Of a DNA stretch of 64,000 nucleotides, positions 48,606-59,989 are shown in pieces. Made by a program: the position numbers and the translations under genes. This stretch comes from Fimicolochytrium jonesii (taxonomy: Eukaryota): positions 1 through 64,000 of the forward strand of contig NW_026515698.1 in assembly GCF_025526975.1 (NCBI RefSeq), written 5' to 3'. The notes under the pieces were generated by a model. The model was not told the DNA's origin. It saw nothing but the letters and a program-made list of their open reading frames with translations, and did no database searches. Each line of letters begins with the position of its first letter. The first letter of the stretch is position 1.

Positions 48606-49589
48606 GTGCAACGCGGCTGGCCCGGCACCGAACACACGCACACGGCGTTCAGCCTCGGTTTGAAGGGGAAGGTGACGAAAACGCTGAACATTGCAGACAC
48701 GGGCAAGCTACAGAATGAGTTGCTTGATCACGTTCAAACAAGCGTGGACCTCTCCGTGGGTCCCAACGCGTTGACTGAGAAGATTCGGCCGATCTTCAAG
48801 CTCTTCATTGACGTCGACTTCCAATATGAAAGAGTCGAACATTTCATGCAAAATCAAAGCGGAGATGACTGGCGGGAAAGGTTACACGAGCAGCTGCAGT
48901 TGATCCCGATAGCAGCGACGACGATCCTTTCAAGGGCGCTGAGCAGGGCGCCACGGCTGATTCTAGCGACTCGCATGCCGTACAAGATGCACCTCCACTT
49001 TCCGGACGTAGTTGTGGACGAAAGGGGGGCTAAAAAGTTCTGTGCGGATATGAAAGTAGCACTTGCAACGCATCCTCTGATGGACAAGGCGTCGATAGAT
49101 ACGTCGGTCTATCGGACTGGTCTGCGACTGCTCTGGTGCCACAAAGGGGGGATGACGAAGAATCCGGATGCAACCCGAGTGGAGAAACAGCGGTACGAGC
49201 AGCTGTTTGGTGCGGGGACGTGGTCAGCGGTCTACGAGATCACCGACCCATTGACATGGGAAAAGAAAACGGAAAGAACGCTAGAGGATCTTCAAGCGAC
49301 GTCGATCATGGCGGAGGAAGGAGCGGAGCTGACGCCCTTCGCCCTGAGTGCGGAAGAAATAGAGGAGATGGAATCAAGCGGAGAGCCATCGTCGTCGTTG
49401 TCACCAATAAGGAAGAGAAAGCGAAGCGCCAAAGGCAAAGGAAAAGAAGCCGTCAAAGATACCCAGTCAAGTGATGACTCCTCGCTTGTAAAGACGAGAC
49501 TACGAGAAATCCCGAGCAATTTGCGGACGTATGTACTCATTTTGACAGCAAGGTTGGGCAACCCTAACCCGCAGGCGGCGAGCTGCTGA
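48606..49589 (+). CDS. Archaeo-eukaryotic primase domain of large-DNA-virus type, probably truncated
   Basis: THT, LTEK...FKLFIDVD (DxD), KMHLHFP (motif II), IDTSVY..GLRL...K (motif III). Confidence 0.75.
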   Translation: MQRGWPGTEHTHTAFSLGLKGKVTKTLNIADTGKLQNELLDHVQTSVDLSVGPNALTEKIRPIFKLFIDVDFQYERVEHFMQNQSGDDWRERLHEQLQLIPIAATTILSRALSRAPRLILATRMPYKMHLHFPDVVVDERGAKKFCADMKVALATHPLMDKASIDTSVYRTGLRLLWCHKGGMTKNPDATRVEKQRYEQLFGAGTWSAVYEITDPLTWEKKTERTLEDLQATSIMAEEGAELTPFALSAEEIEEMESSGEPSSSLSPIRKRKRSAKGKGKEAVKDTQSSDDSSLVKTRLREIPSNLRTYVLILTARLGNPNPQAASC

Positions 49590-49708
49590 GAGACGCGACG
49601 AGTTGCGGCCTCCCCCCCCCCCTCCCAAAGTGGCTTTCGGCGCCGGTCCCACTGCACACGCAGGCATATTCAGCACTTACTTGGGCTCATCGTTGCACTC
49701 TCTCCGAT

Positions 49709-51601
49709 ATGAACGAACTCGGTAAGCGTCTGTTCCGCTCCCTTTCCCGTGGCTCCAGGCGCAATGTTTGCGGGAAGCGCCATCGCGGAGCAATCTTATA
49801 GCTCACCGGCGGAGCCTGGACACGGGGGTTTTCACTGTACACTTGGGTTTTCACGGGGTTGAGGTTGGTGTATGGTGTCGCTGACGGTTTCCCTCTCTTG
49901 ATTCCCTATCACAGACCGACTGCTCAAGGAGCTAGACAAGGCTGGCTCCTCTAGAGGGAGCGTAGTGCCAAAGTCTGTGTCGGGGCTAGGACCAGCGCAA
50001 CCGCCACCTCCACCTTCCCAGCAGCCAGGACAACACCAACAGTTCCAGCAACCCTCCCAGCACAACCCCGCCACCGCTGGTTCGGCGCTCGGTTCTAGCG
50101 GCCGGGGGGGCTCTTCCACCAACCTAGCCGCCCCCACCCAATCCAACAGCGAGCTCAACGGCCTCCTCAAAGACCTCACGGACCTGAAAGGCCTAGTGGT
50201 TAGTGGCCAAAATGCCTCTTCCGACGAAGATGACACCCGCCACCACCCACCACCGCGTGCATCAGTCGGTGCCCCCGGCAGCGGCAGATCCAGCGTAGGC
50301 GGCTCCGGCGGTCCTGGCGGAATTCGCAACGCTAACCTCGATTTCGGCGCCTTGGGCAGTTCGGGTGGTGGTCCAGGGAGCAGCGGCGGGTCCGCGCGTT
50401 CATCCAACACCGTGCGTCCAGCCGTTACGCCTAAGCCCTGCGCCACGTGCGCAAAACCCGTTATTGGACCCACTGTTAATGCGATGGGACGCACGTATCA
50501 CCCGGAACATTTTACGTGCAGAGGGTGTGACCGGCAGCTGGGCCAAGGGAGGTTTTATGAGAAGGATGGGTTTGCTTTTTGTGAAGGGTGTTGGCAGAAG
50601 GATTTGCCGAGTTGTGCGTACTGTAGTGGTGTCGTTATGGAGGTGGGCATCATCAATTATTTTATGCCGCAGAGATCTCTGCATCTCCCTACCCTTTGCA
50701 CTAACGTCTACCAACAACAGCGCTGTGTCGAAGCTCTAGGCAGATCATGGCACCCACACCACTTCTTCTGCGCACAGTGCGGCAAGCTGTTTCCGCCCGG
50801 TGCGGCATTCCTCGAAAAGGACGGCATGGCCTACTGCGAAGACGATTATTTCGCCCTCTTTGCGACGCGATGCGGTGGATGCGAGAAGGTTATCTTTGGC
50901 GAATTCGTGTCGGCTTGTGGGAAGGAGTGGCATATGGATTGCTTCGTTTGTGGGGTGAGTTCTGGGAGTGGATATGGATGGTGAATGTGAAGGGAGTGGA
51001 CGCAGCGGTTTCTGATGATTGTGGAAATCAGGACTGCAAACAACCATTCCCGACCGGCACATTCTACGAGCACCAAGGCCGGCCTTACTGCGCGACACAC
51101 CATTCCATCCGCCGAACCCAAAACATGACGTCTTTCGACGGCAGCGGTTCCCAACAAAGAGTCCAGGGCCGACTCGACACCCACAGCCCTCAGAAAGGAG
51201 CCCAGCAACAAAACCAACCAAATTCCGGGTCCGCCCTCGGCTCCGGCTCCGATTCCGACCCCTCCCCATCCGCGACCGCCAACCTCGACCTTCCGTCCCT
51301 CCCAGGCCCCTCAATCTCGCACGCCCTCCCACCGTCAACGCCTTTCTGCTCCGGCTGCCAAAAGCACGTCGCGTCCCGCGGCGGGGGCACAGCTGAAGTC
51401 GTATCGATTGCGGGCAAAGTGTGGCATATGGAGTGTTTTACGTGCAGTTATTGTGGGAAGAAGCTGAACCCGAAGGCTGCGGGTGGTGGAGCTGCGGGGG
51501 ACGGGAAGGCGGGAGTGAGTGGGGGTGGGGGCGAGGGAGCGCCGTGGAGGGAGCGGGAGGGACGGTGTTATTGTTATGGGTGTTTTAATTATGTTGGGTG
51601 A
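49709..51601 (+). CDS. PXL1: Paxillin-like protein: LD motifs plus four LIM domains; introns 49722-49914, 50643-50720, ~50955-51031
   Basis: Spliced N-terminus MNELDRLLKELD; ELNGLLKDL; LIM C-x2-C...H-x2-[HC]F-x-C-x2-C repeats. Confidence 0.88.
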
Positions 51602-51839
51602 GGTGGTGGGGTGGAGACGTTTTCACATTCTTTCGGTTGTTGTTGCCTCTACTTTGTAACTCGAATAGCGCCCCAGTGGTCTCGAATAGCGCCCCAGTGG
51701 ACCTCCATCAAGTACGGCTTGGCCCCATTGTAAATCTGCCGAAGAAGTGGTGTTGTGCAGGTGCATATTGACCGCTTGATTGGAAGCCTTCTGACTTGTT
51801 TGCACATCGTTACCCAGTTCAACTGGTCCAACCACCATC

Positions 51840-52269
51840 CCCTGGTCGGCGTTTGATGGTGCTCGCGGCCTCCCTCACCCGCACGCACCCGGTGTCTATG
51901 AGGATACGGCAGAAGATGCCGCCGACACGCCCATGGACCATGAACGTGTGCTTGTCGATGACGGTATTCCGGAATGGTGTCCTGCAGTCGGGGTCCGGTA
52001 GGCCCATCGGGTTGTCTGGACGCTGAGGCGCTGCAGGCGGTCAGGCCCTGGGGAGAAAATCCTGACTGTCGACGGAGTGCGGGGCTCGGGGGCTCCTCCG
52101 CGGCCGAATGGAACTCCTCGTCGCCGTCATCGAAAGCTTCGGCGGGCGCCGCCGAGATCTTGGGGCGGTCCGGGTTCTTAGGGCACGCTCGGGCATAGTA
52201 GTCCTTGCTGTCGCGGGGGGCTACTGACAGGTGCGGTCAGTGTGGTGACGCCTGCAGCACCTCATCACA
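51840..52269 (-). mobile_element. Ty3 relic: short LTR start joined to knuckle and protease fragments
   Basis: PPT aagggggg|TGTGATGAGG on minus; YARACPKN; ILIDTGC. Confidence 0.65.
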
Positions 52270-53160
52270 CCCCCCTTAGAGCCAAGCGTCACTCCTATGT
52301 CGACCGCACCTGTCAGTAGCCCCCCGCGTTGCTTGATGTGGAGAGCTAACACGAGCGTCGACCGTGGAGAGAGGGCGCATGGCTCTACCGGAGCGGTTGG
52401 CGTCACTCTGTGGAGCGTCACCATGATGGCACTCAGATCCACATCGATATAGTGTGGAGATAGGTCGGCCTGGTTGCGGCTGACGATAATGAATGGCACC
52501 GACGTGCACCGGTCCTTGTCCCTGCGGATATAAAAGGAAGGCAGTAGTCCCCTCAGCACCTTCCCGCCAGTCCTCGGACCTCACATCTTTTGCTCTTAAC
52601 CTTGCAACCTCTCCTCGTCTTCCTCTCCGCCATGGCCAGTACAGCTGCTCCCGCCACGTCCTCCACTGCCGGCCCAGCCCCGGCCAAGAAACGAGCTGGT
52701 CAGGGTCCCACCCGAGGGGACGACCTCAAAAAGGCTCTCAAGAAACAACGAGTGGTGAGTTCACGGATGGTACCCAGTTGATCGGACTTACATGGTTCTG
52801 ACCGACCCCATCTCAGGACACCCCGGAGGTGCACTCCGCCAGCACCCCGGAGCCTCCTGCCCCGCCGGCCCTGCAACCGGTACCGGCCTGGCCAGATGCT
52901 TCTCTCCGCATGCCAGCATATTATATGCCGGCCCTGCATTATTCCCCTCTGTGACGACACCGTAAGGACCCACATGTTATGGGTAATCCCCGCGAGTTGA
53001 CGAGGTGACTGACGGTTCCCGTCCCTTTCCGACAGACTGACCGTCGGCGAGTTCCCGTGCGGCTTCGCGCCTGCTTCCTCGGCACGGACGTGATGTGCGG
53101 ACGCCTCGACGCGAAGCCGTCACCGATATGTACCACAACTATCCAGCGGGGCAGAACATG
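52245..53160 (+). mobile_element. Inverted, diverged copy of the Ty3 3' region at ~63100-64000, with a decayed RING-finger ORF (ATG 52632)
   Basis: Colinear similarity to the reverse complement of 63100-64000; TATAAAAGG at ~52529; CQHIICRPCIIPLCDDT. Confidence 0.85.
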
Positions 53161-53689
53161 ACCAAGGCGTGTCAGACAGCGGGACGGATGTCTGACGCAT
53201 GCGAACGCCAAACTCAAGGTGTGGCGATTATTGATGAATAAGGATGTCTATCAGGACAGCCTGTTCATGCAGAGCCTGACTGACAATGTTATCAGTCCTA
53301 TCCCCAACGACGACGACGACACCCAAGCAGAACATGTGTGAAGCAACGGGCCGGGTGTGCGGGGTCGTCACCCATGCGTACGCCAAACTCAAGGTGTCGC
53401 GGCGAGCTCTACGGTCGACGAGCTACGGCCGATGAGCGTGGGCAGGGATTCTTGAACGTAATCAAGTAACTAGTCTTCTTCACTTCTCAATACATCGTAT
53501 CTCCAGCCCATTATCGATCAAGCTTCCTTTGACGTTTGTACATAGTAGATACAGTACAGTGTACTGAGTAGTAGGTGTGATGGAAACCTCCCTGTATTCA
53601 ACGTAGTTCTAGAAAACGTAACTATCGAGGACCAAGTCCGACGGCAAAGAGTAGGGTTATGCAACGAATATATGGGCACGTGAGGGCAC

Positions 53690-53742
53690 GGTTAGGGTTA
53701 GGATTCGGGTTCGGGTTAGGGTTCGGGCTAGGGCTAGGGTTA
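53690..53742. repeat. Degenerate telomere-like repeats (G-strand on +)
   Basis: ggttagggttaggattcgggttcgggttagggttcgggctagggctagggtta. Confidence 0.75.
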
Positions 53743-53985
53743 TATAGGACACGGTTCCGTAACAAGGTGCCAGGTGGGGCTCGCCTCCGTCCACACTCGG
53801 ACTTACATCCTTCACCCTCTGACTTACATCGCGCTACCTTACCTGACGCACGGCCTTACACACGACTTCCTACCGCGCTATTCGCAACCGTCTTGGGAGA
53901 TCTATCTCCTTTACCTTGGCATTGAACACCGCCCACCTGACACCTACTTTCAGGGCCCTCCTCCGCTCTCTCTCTCCACTCAGTC

Positions 53986-56058
53986 ATGGAGGGCGCTCTC
54001 CTCCACTCCCCTCCTCCTACCGCACCAACACTGACACCAAACACACCAAATACTGAGGAACGACCACCTAACCTGGAACAGATACTCGCACCGGGAGCTG
54101 ATATAGACGCGGATACAACAGATATCTCGTTTGAGACGTTGGACACTGGGTCAACGAGTGGTCCGCCGCAAGGTAGGGAGGCATGAGGATGGTTGGGCGA
54201 GGGATGGGGATGAGGAACGGTTGCGGATGAGGGGTGGGATGAGGGTTGAGGTTGTGTAAGTGATGGCAGCCGCAAGATGGTGGTTCTCTGCAACGAGCAA
54301 AGCCATGCGAGTTGCGAGCGGAGCGAGTTCCTTGCGCAAAGGGCGCAATACCTATGACCATTGATAGCTTCGTGAGCGGACGCTTGACATTTGAAGATTC
54401 TAACTCTCCTCCTTGAACTCCGTAGCAGGTATCTGGAGCAAAGTCCACTCCGGCCTCACCCACTTCTTCTACACCACCTCCTCCGCCTTCCGATCCCCCT
54501 CCTCCGATCCCACCACCCTCCTGTCCCGGCTCACCTCCCCCATGCACCCAACAGGCCCCATAACCTTCCTCGCCGCCCACACCTACCCCTCCTTCACCGA
54601 CCCAGCCTTTCTAGACGACTTCAGAAGCAGGCCATGGATGACGTACCGGAGCGGGTTTGAAGGGATCGAGGGCACGGCGTTTACGAGTGATGTTGGCTGG
54701 GGGTGTATGTTGAGGAGTGGGCAGATGTTGTTAAGTGGGGTGCTGTTGAGGCATTTACTCGGAAAAGGTGCGTGTATCTCTTCTTCAGAGTCGGTTGAAC
54801 CGATTTCCTAACGCTCTATCTGTGTTACCTAGACTGGAGACTCTCTCAAACCACCACGGACTCTACGACATCCCACACCCACGCCCGCATCATATCAATG
54901 TTCGCAGATACACCACTCGCCCCCTTCTCGCTACACAACATCGCCCTGCTTGGCGCACGGAAGTTTGGAAAGAGTGTTGGGGAGTGGTTTGGGCCTAGTA
55001 CCATTTCGCAGTGTCTCAAGTATGCTTTCGCCCTCATATTCACATCGTATCCCTGTTTCTGCTTTATTCCGGCCCTTTTCTGACCAAGTTCTGTTTGGAT
55101 CAGGGAACTAGTGGAACAGACACCAAACCTTAACCTCACAGTCCACATTGCGACGGACAACACGTTATATACCTCCAGCGTCATCAGACAGTGCACGAGT
55201 GCGGGCGACGACACGACAGGGGACTGGACGCCGGTACTCATATTAGTGCCCTTGATGTTGGGCGTGAGGGAGACAAATCCGGTTTATTTTGCGGGGCTGA
55301 AGGTGGGTTGAGTCTCGAGGAAAGGGAGGGTAAAATCGGGGTGGGGGGGGGGGGGGGGAAGAGAGCTGATGAAGGTTCGGTTCTAGGCGTGTTTTGGAAT
55401 CGAGGCCTGTGTCGGTGTTGCCGGGTACGTCAAACACAAAACCTCATACCGGTGCTGCTCACGTGGAAAGGTTACTCACCTCACCACTCATGTAGGGGCC
55501 GACCCAACTCCTCGCTGTTCTTCGTCGGGACGGCAGGTAACGACTTTCCCTCCATGGGTCTCACGCGATGACGAATGTTCGCTTACCCCCTTTCTGTCGT
55601 ATAGGGGACAACGTTCTTTATCTGGACCCACACACCGTCCGTCCCGCTGTCTCCCTCCCTGATCCAACAGACGAGGTGGGTGTTTACGTTCAACGCCTTA
55701 TCACCCCACATGCACATGTGAATCACATTGACACCTTGATACCGTAGGACCTAGCGACTTACACACCCCCGCAAATCCGCACAATCTCCCTCACCTCCCT
55801 CGATCCCTCCCTCGTGCTCGGATTCTACTGCCCCACGCCTCAATCCTTCACCGCCTTCACTTCTGCATGTCTCGGTTCACAGGTAAGGGCATCATCAAAG
55901 ATCTGTTTTATGTTGGAGGGGGATGGAGTGTTGATTAACTTTGGGTGGTTTAGGTGTCGAGTGGAGGAACGCCGTTGTTTGCGATCATGGAGAAAGAGCC
56001 GGAGTTCAGGGATCGGGGGGCGGATGTGGATGTTTTAGGGGATGATGATGATTTTTGA
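53986..56058 (+). CDS. ATG4: Autophagy cysteine protease Atg4 (peptidase C54), multi-exon
   Basis: W.TYRSGF, SDVGWGCMLRSGQM (catalytic Cys), GEWFGP, GGRPNSS.FF.G, YLDPH, LDPS...GFYC. Confidence 0.93.
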
Positions 56059-56534
56059 ACCGCCCCTTCCCCTTGTCACTCACAGAGAATTCGGGAAGGG
56101 GCCGATTGTTTTGGGACGGTAAAGGGGAGGTTATCCGTCTCTGTGCACGGCTTCTTCAAGGAGGGCTCAGGTCGAACAAGACTGGCTGTAGATATGTTTT
56201 TGGAGGGGAGATTGATGGATTTGTACATACAGAAACGGGTTTTTTGTTCATCGGGAATTCTAATTGACGGTTCTGTTTTTTGCAGCCCATACCGGGCTTT
56301 GATGTCTGGGGTTCTTACGATCGTCCCCAATCGTTCTGAAACGTCGCCCATTGCGAACTGACCCGTCCCCAGTCGTTCTGAAACGTCGAGAGGACTTAAA
56401 GCAAGGTCAGAGCAACTGAAGGTGGGTGAACCTATACGCTCTCAATTGTTGGCCGGAAAGCGCGGCGGGCATCCGGGCATGCTCAGTGGGCGGTGGCGTG
56501 AATGCCAGACGAACGCTGACGAATGACGATTTTC

Positions 56535-56604
56535 CGGGCCGGTGCGAGCATGGATGAGGCGAGGAAGGTTCGGGCCGGTGCGAGCATGGATGAGGCGAGG
56601 AAGG
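56535..56604. repeat. 36-bp tandem duplication at the right junction of the inserted block
   Basis: cgggccggtgcgagcatggatgaggcgaggaagg at 56535 and 56571. Confidence 0.9.
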
Positions 56605-56896
56605 CAGTGGTGAGGGCGTACCCGCGCAGTGTTGTTGCCAGATTGGCTTGGTAGGCCGCGCCATCCCTCTCTTTAGAATTTACATAGCCCACATAGACAT
56701 ATGTGCCTTCAATGGCAGCTGCCCGTTCCACTTGTATGATGCACTCGTTTACGTGAAATAATGAGAAAACTCCTTTGAGTGGATTGTGTAACATGGAAAC
56801 CACTATTCAACCTACGTGCGCTTCTCTACGGCCTACTCTTCTATGTTGATCTTCAGTGCGCATCCTAGGCTTTGATCGCAACGACAATGTTGGCCT
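56582..56896. repeat. 315-bp direct repeat, right copy
   Basis: Matches 30728-31042. Confidence 0.95.
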
Positions 56897-57846
56897 TCCA
56901 AGTCAGTTTCCAGTTTCCCTCCCGCCGCACAACCTCCCTGACATGGTCAGAATACTCCTGCTTAAACTCAGCCGACATCGGCAACAAGAAAAACAGATTC
57001 TCAAGGTATTCATCTGCGTCCTTCTCCTCGGTGTCGAACTGGAACGCTACAATCTGCACGGAGTGGAACCCAATGTTCTCAAGTTTGGTGTGGATCTCGG
57101 TGGGGTCGGTCCAGGCGTGCAGCGGCGGCGGTTTTTGGAAATCGGGTTTGATGGATTCGATGCTTGTTTGCCAGCCGGGCTTGGTCCAGACGCTGAATGC
57201 GAGGGTGCCGCCGGATTGGAGGGTGCGGTGGATCTCTGTGAGAACCTCACCCCATCAATGGTCTGCTTTCGGCAACTGACGCCGCGCGGGACTATGTTGA
57301 TCACCCACCTGTAAACGCTTTGATACTATCGCCTTTGATCGTCTGCGGGCCAAAGTTCCACACAGCATGCGTGAACTCCCCATCTGAGTACGGGAGGGTC
57401 TGCAACCGCCAAATTCCATGTCAGTGGCGACGGGCGGGGAGATTGCTGACCGGCAATGCCACCATACCTGAATGTCGCCCTTCTTAATCTCCACATTGCC
57501 AGCCTGCAGCTCCGGCTTCGCAAGCGCTGTCTCAGTCATCTTATCATCATAATCCAAACACTTTGCATGCCAATCGCAGTTCTCCAACCCGTGAGCCCCG
57601 TTCAGCGAAATGAACTTGCTGGTTACCACACCGCCGCCGCTTGCAACATCTAGGAAGCGGACGGTTGGGGGAAGCGTGGAGTTGATGAGATGAGCTTGCT
57701 CGAGAACGCCGACGGCGACCCGGCCGGTGGTGAACTCCATAGCCGCAATCGCGGTGCCTATAGGATCCGGTATTCATCGTTAGGGACCTAACCTTTTATC
57801 AAACCCGCTCAAAACCACACAATCACTTACTGCTTTTCGATGGCAT
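56865..57846 (-). CDS. Class I SAM-dependent methyltransferase, multi-exon
   Basis: FLDVASGGG (motif I), GDIQ.LPY, EIHRTLQSGG..AFSVW. Confidence 0.85.
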
Positions 57847-58797
57847 CTTGTCGACAGGTATGTATCTCGTTGGCTTGGACGAGGTGCGGTGGGAGCCAAG
57901 GATGATATAGGTCCGTTGTGGATTGCCGGCGATGAGTGGTTGGAGGACTCACAAGTCTGGGGGGACCTTTATGACATACACTTTCTATTCTTTTTGAGCT
58001 GGCGGTGCTGCTGGCTCTACACACATGGACGGGATGCTATGAAAGGCATTGCTCAGCAGCCTTCAGCCTCATCGGGTAGTTGTTCAACGTGTAGGGAACC
58101 CAAAAAGCGCATTGATTTGTGTTCCAAATCCACGATGTGCGAAATGCAGCGAAACGCGTCCGCAAGTCCGACGCCTATTATTTCACGCGTCGGAGAACGC
58201 ACAAGCCGTTTTACGAGGTCCGTCGAAGAAATACGATTTGCACAAGGCTGCACAGATTGAATCACGGAATTTCATTTCCCACCTTCAAATGTGCAAGATC
58301 CCACGTTGATCCGGAGTCCGGACCCAGATCATGTGAAATTCATGGAAGGATCGTCGATGCAGCCGGAACTCGGAGCCGTCTTGAGTCTTGCCGCGTACGA
58401 CCAGATAGATCTGACAGGATCGACTGATACGGACGGAAACCGTGAAAAGCAGATGACTTTGCGATAGCTGAGCTTTGAAGGTGCGGTACGGCTTTTTTGG
58501 AGTTTGTCAGACCATCCACGACATGCCAGTGCATTTGCCACGTTCGCCGAATTCGCGAAACGGGCTACAGTGTAAGATGAGACATACAGTATATCCCCAA
58601 GATTTGTCAAGGACCCAGGCAATGGGTCGACGGTGGTTCAGCCTGCCGCAATGTGGTCTTCTCCTTGCTATAAAAGAGCCACTGCACGAGCGCATCCTGC
58701 TGTCCTTTATTCAGCCATTCAACCATCACTGACAACAAACGCAACTTCCGACACACCCGACTTTCCCATCCCAAGACAGTTGCCTGAAACTTTAGTC

Positions 58798-59889
58798 ATG
58801 ACACAAACATCAACCATGGATGCATTCCTCGTCACAACTCCCAACAAGTGGGCTGTCCAGCAGGCTGAGGTCCCGACCGCCAAAGATGGCGAGGTCGTCA
58901 TTCGAGTTAAGGCCTCGGCCGTAAAGTAAATTTCATTTTCATTCAGACTGGCTCGCCCAGCTTCTTTCGGCATATTTTCCTTACTCATCAACCCTCCCTC
59001 CCCATCCAGCCCACTCGACGCGAAAATGGCCAAAGAAGGCTTCATGATCCGCGCCTTCCCCTCCCCTCTCGGCGTCGAGATCAGCGGCATCGTCTCCGCC
59101 ACCGGTCCCAGCGTTACCACCTTCAAAGTCGGCGACGCCGTCATCGCTCGCGCTCAACTGAACGGTTTTGCCGAATACGCCACCGCTACCGTCCGCCACA
59201 CATGGCACAAGCCCGCTAACCTCTCCTACACCGAGGCCGCTACCATACCCGTTGGCACCCTCACCGCCGTCATTGGCCTGTTTTCCGAGAAGGGACTCAA
59301 GATCTCCCGGCCACGGGACGCGAAGCCGCAGACACCAAAGGAATACCTACTTGTGTGGGGAGGCAGCTCCACCGTCGGATCGTACGCTGTGCAGCTCGCG
59401 ACCGCGGCAGGCTACAAAGTGATCGCCACGGCGAGCCCCAAGCAGCACAAGACGGTCCTCGCCCTCGGCGCCGCGCACGTCGTCGATTACAACGCCCCTG
59501 ACGCCGTCGAGCAGATTCGTAAGCTCACAGGTGGAGAGGCCAAGCTAGCGTTCGATGCCGTCGGTGGTCCCGCGACCGCCCAAGCTGCCGCGGCCCTGCG
59601 TGCCGATGTAGCCCACCCGTCAACAATCGTGACAACAGCCGTCGGCGCCCCCGAGATCCCTGCGGGCGTGACGCTGTTGCCTACGATCATGGGGTTCGAC
59701 CCGACGCTAGCTGGTTTCGTGCATGAGGTGATTGGAGATGAGCTGTTGGGGTATTTTGCCGAGGGAAAGCTTAAGCCCAGCAGGGTGAGGGTTGTGGATG
59801 GAGGGTTGGAGGGGCTTGGCGAGGCGCTGGAGTTGTTGGCTGCCAAGAAGGTTAGCGGAGAGAAGTTAGTGCTTACTCATCCCGAGTAG
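58798..59889 (+). CDS. MDR-family NAD(P)-dependent oxidoreductase (enoyl-reductase-like); intron 58926-59009
   Basis: VNP.D.K, LGVEISG.V, GFAEYA, EAATIP, VWGGSSTVGSYAVQLA, SGEKLV. Confidence 0.92.
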
Positions 59890-59989
59890 ATTCCCGTACA
59901 TCTATATTATTTCTTATGTGGAATAGACATTTTGTGATGATCGTCCTGTGAACTCTGGCGACAATGTTGAATGGAGGCTCGGATGGAGC

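Noticed and set aside
31043..56581. Starship-type giant transposon
   Set aside because: No tyrosine-recombinase captain at either end, and the 315-bp duplication does not fit.
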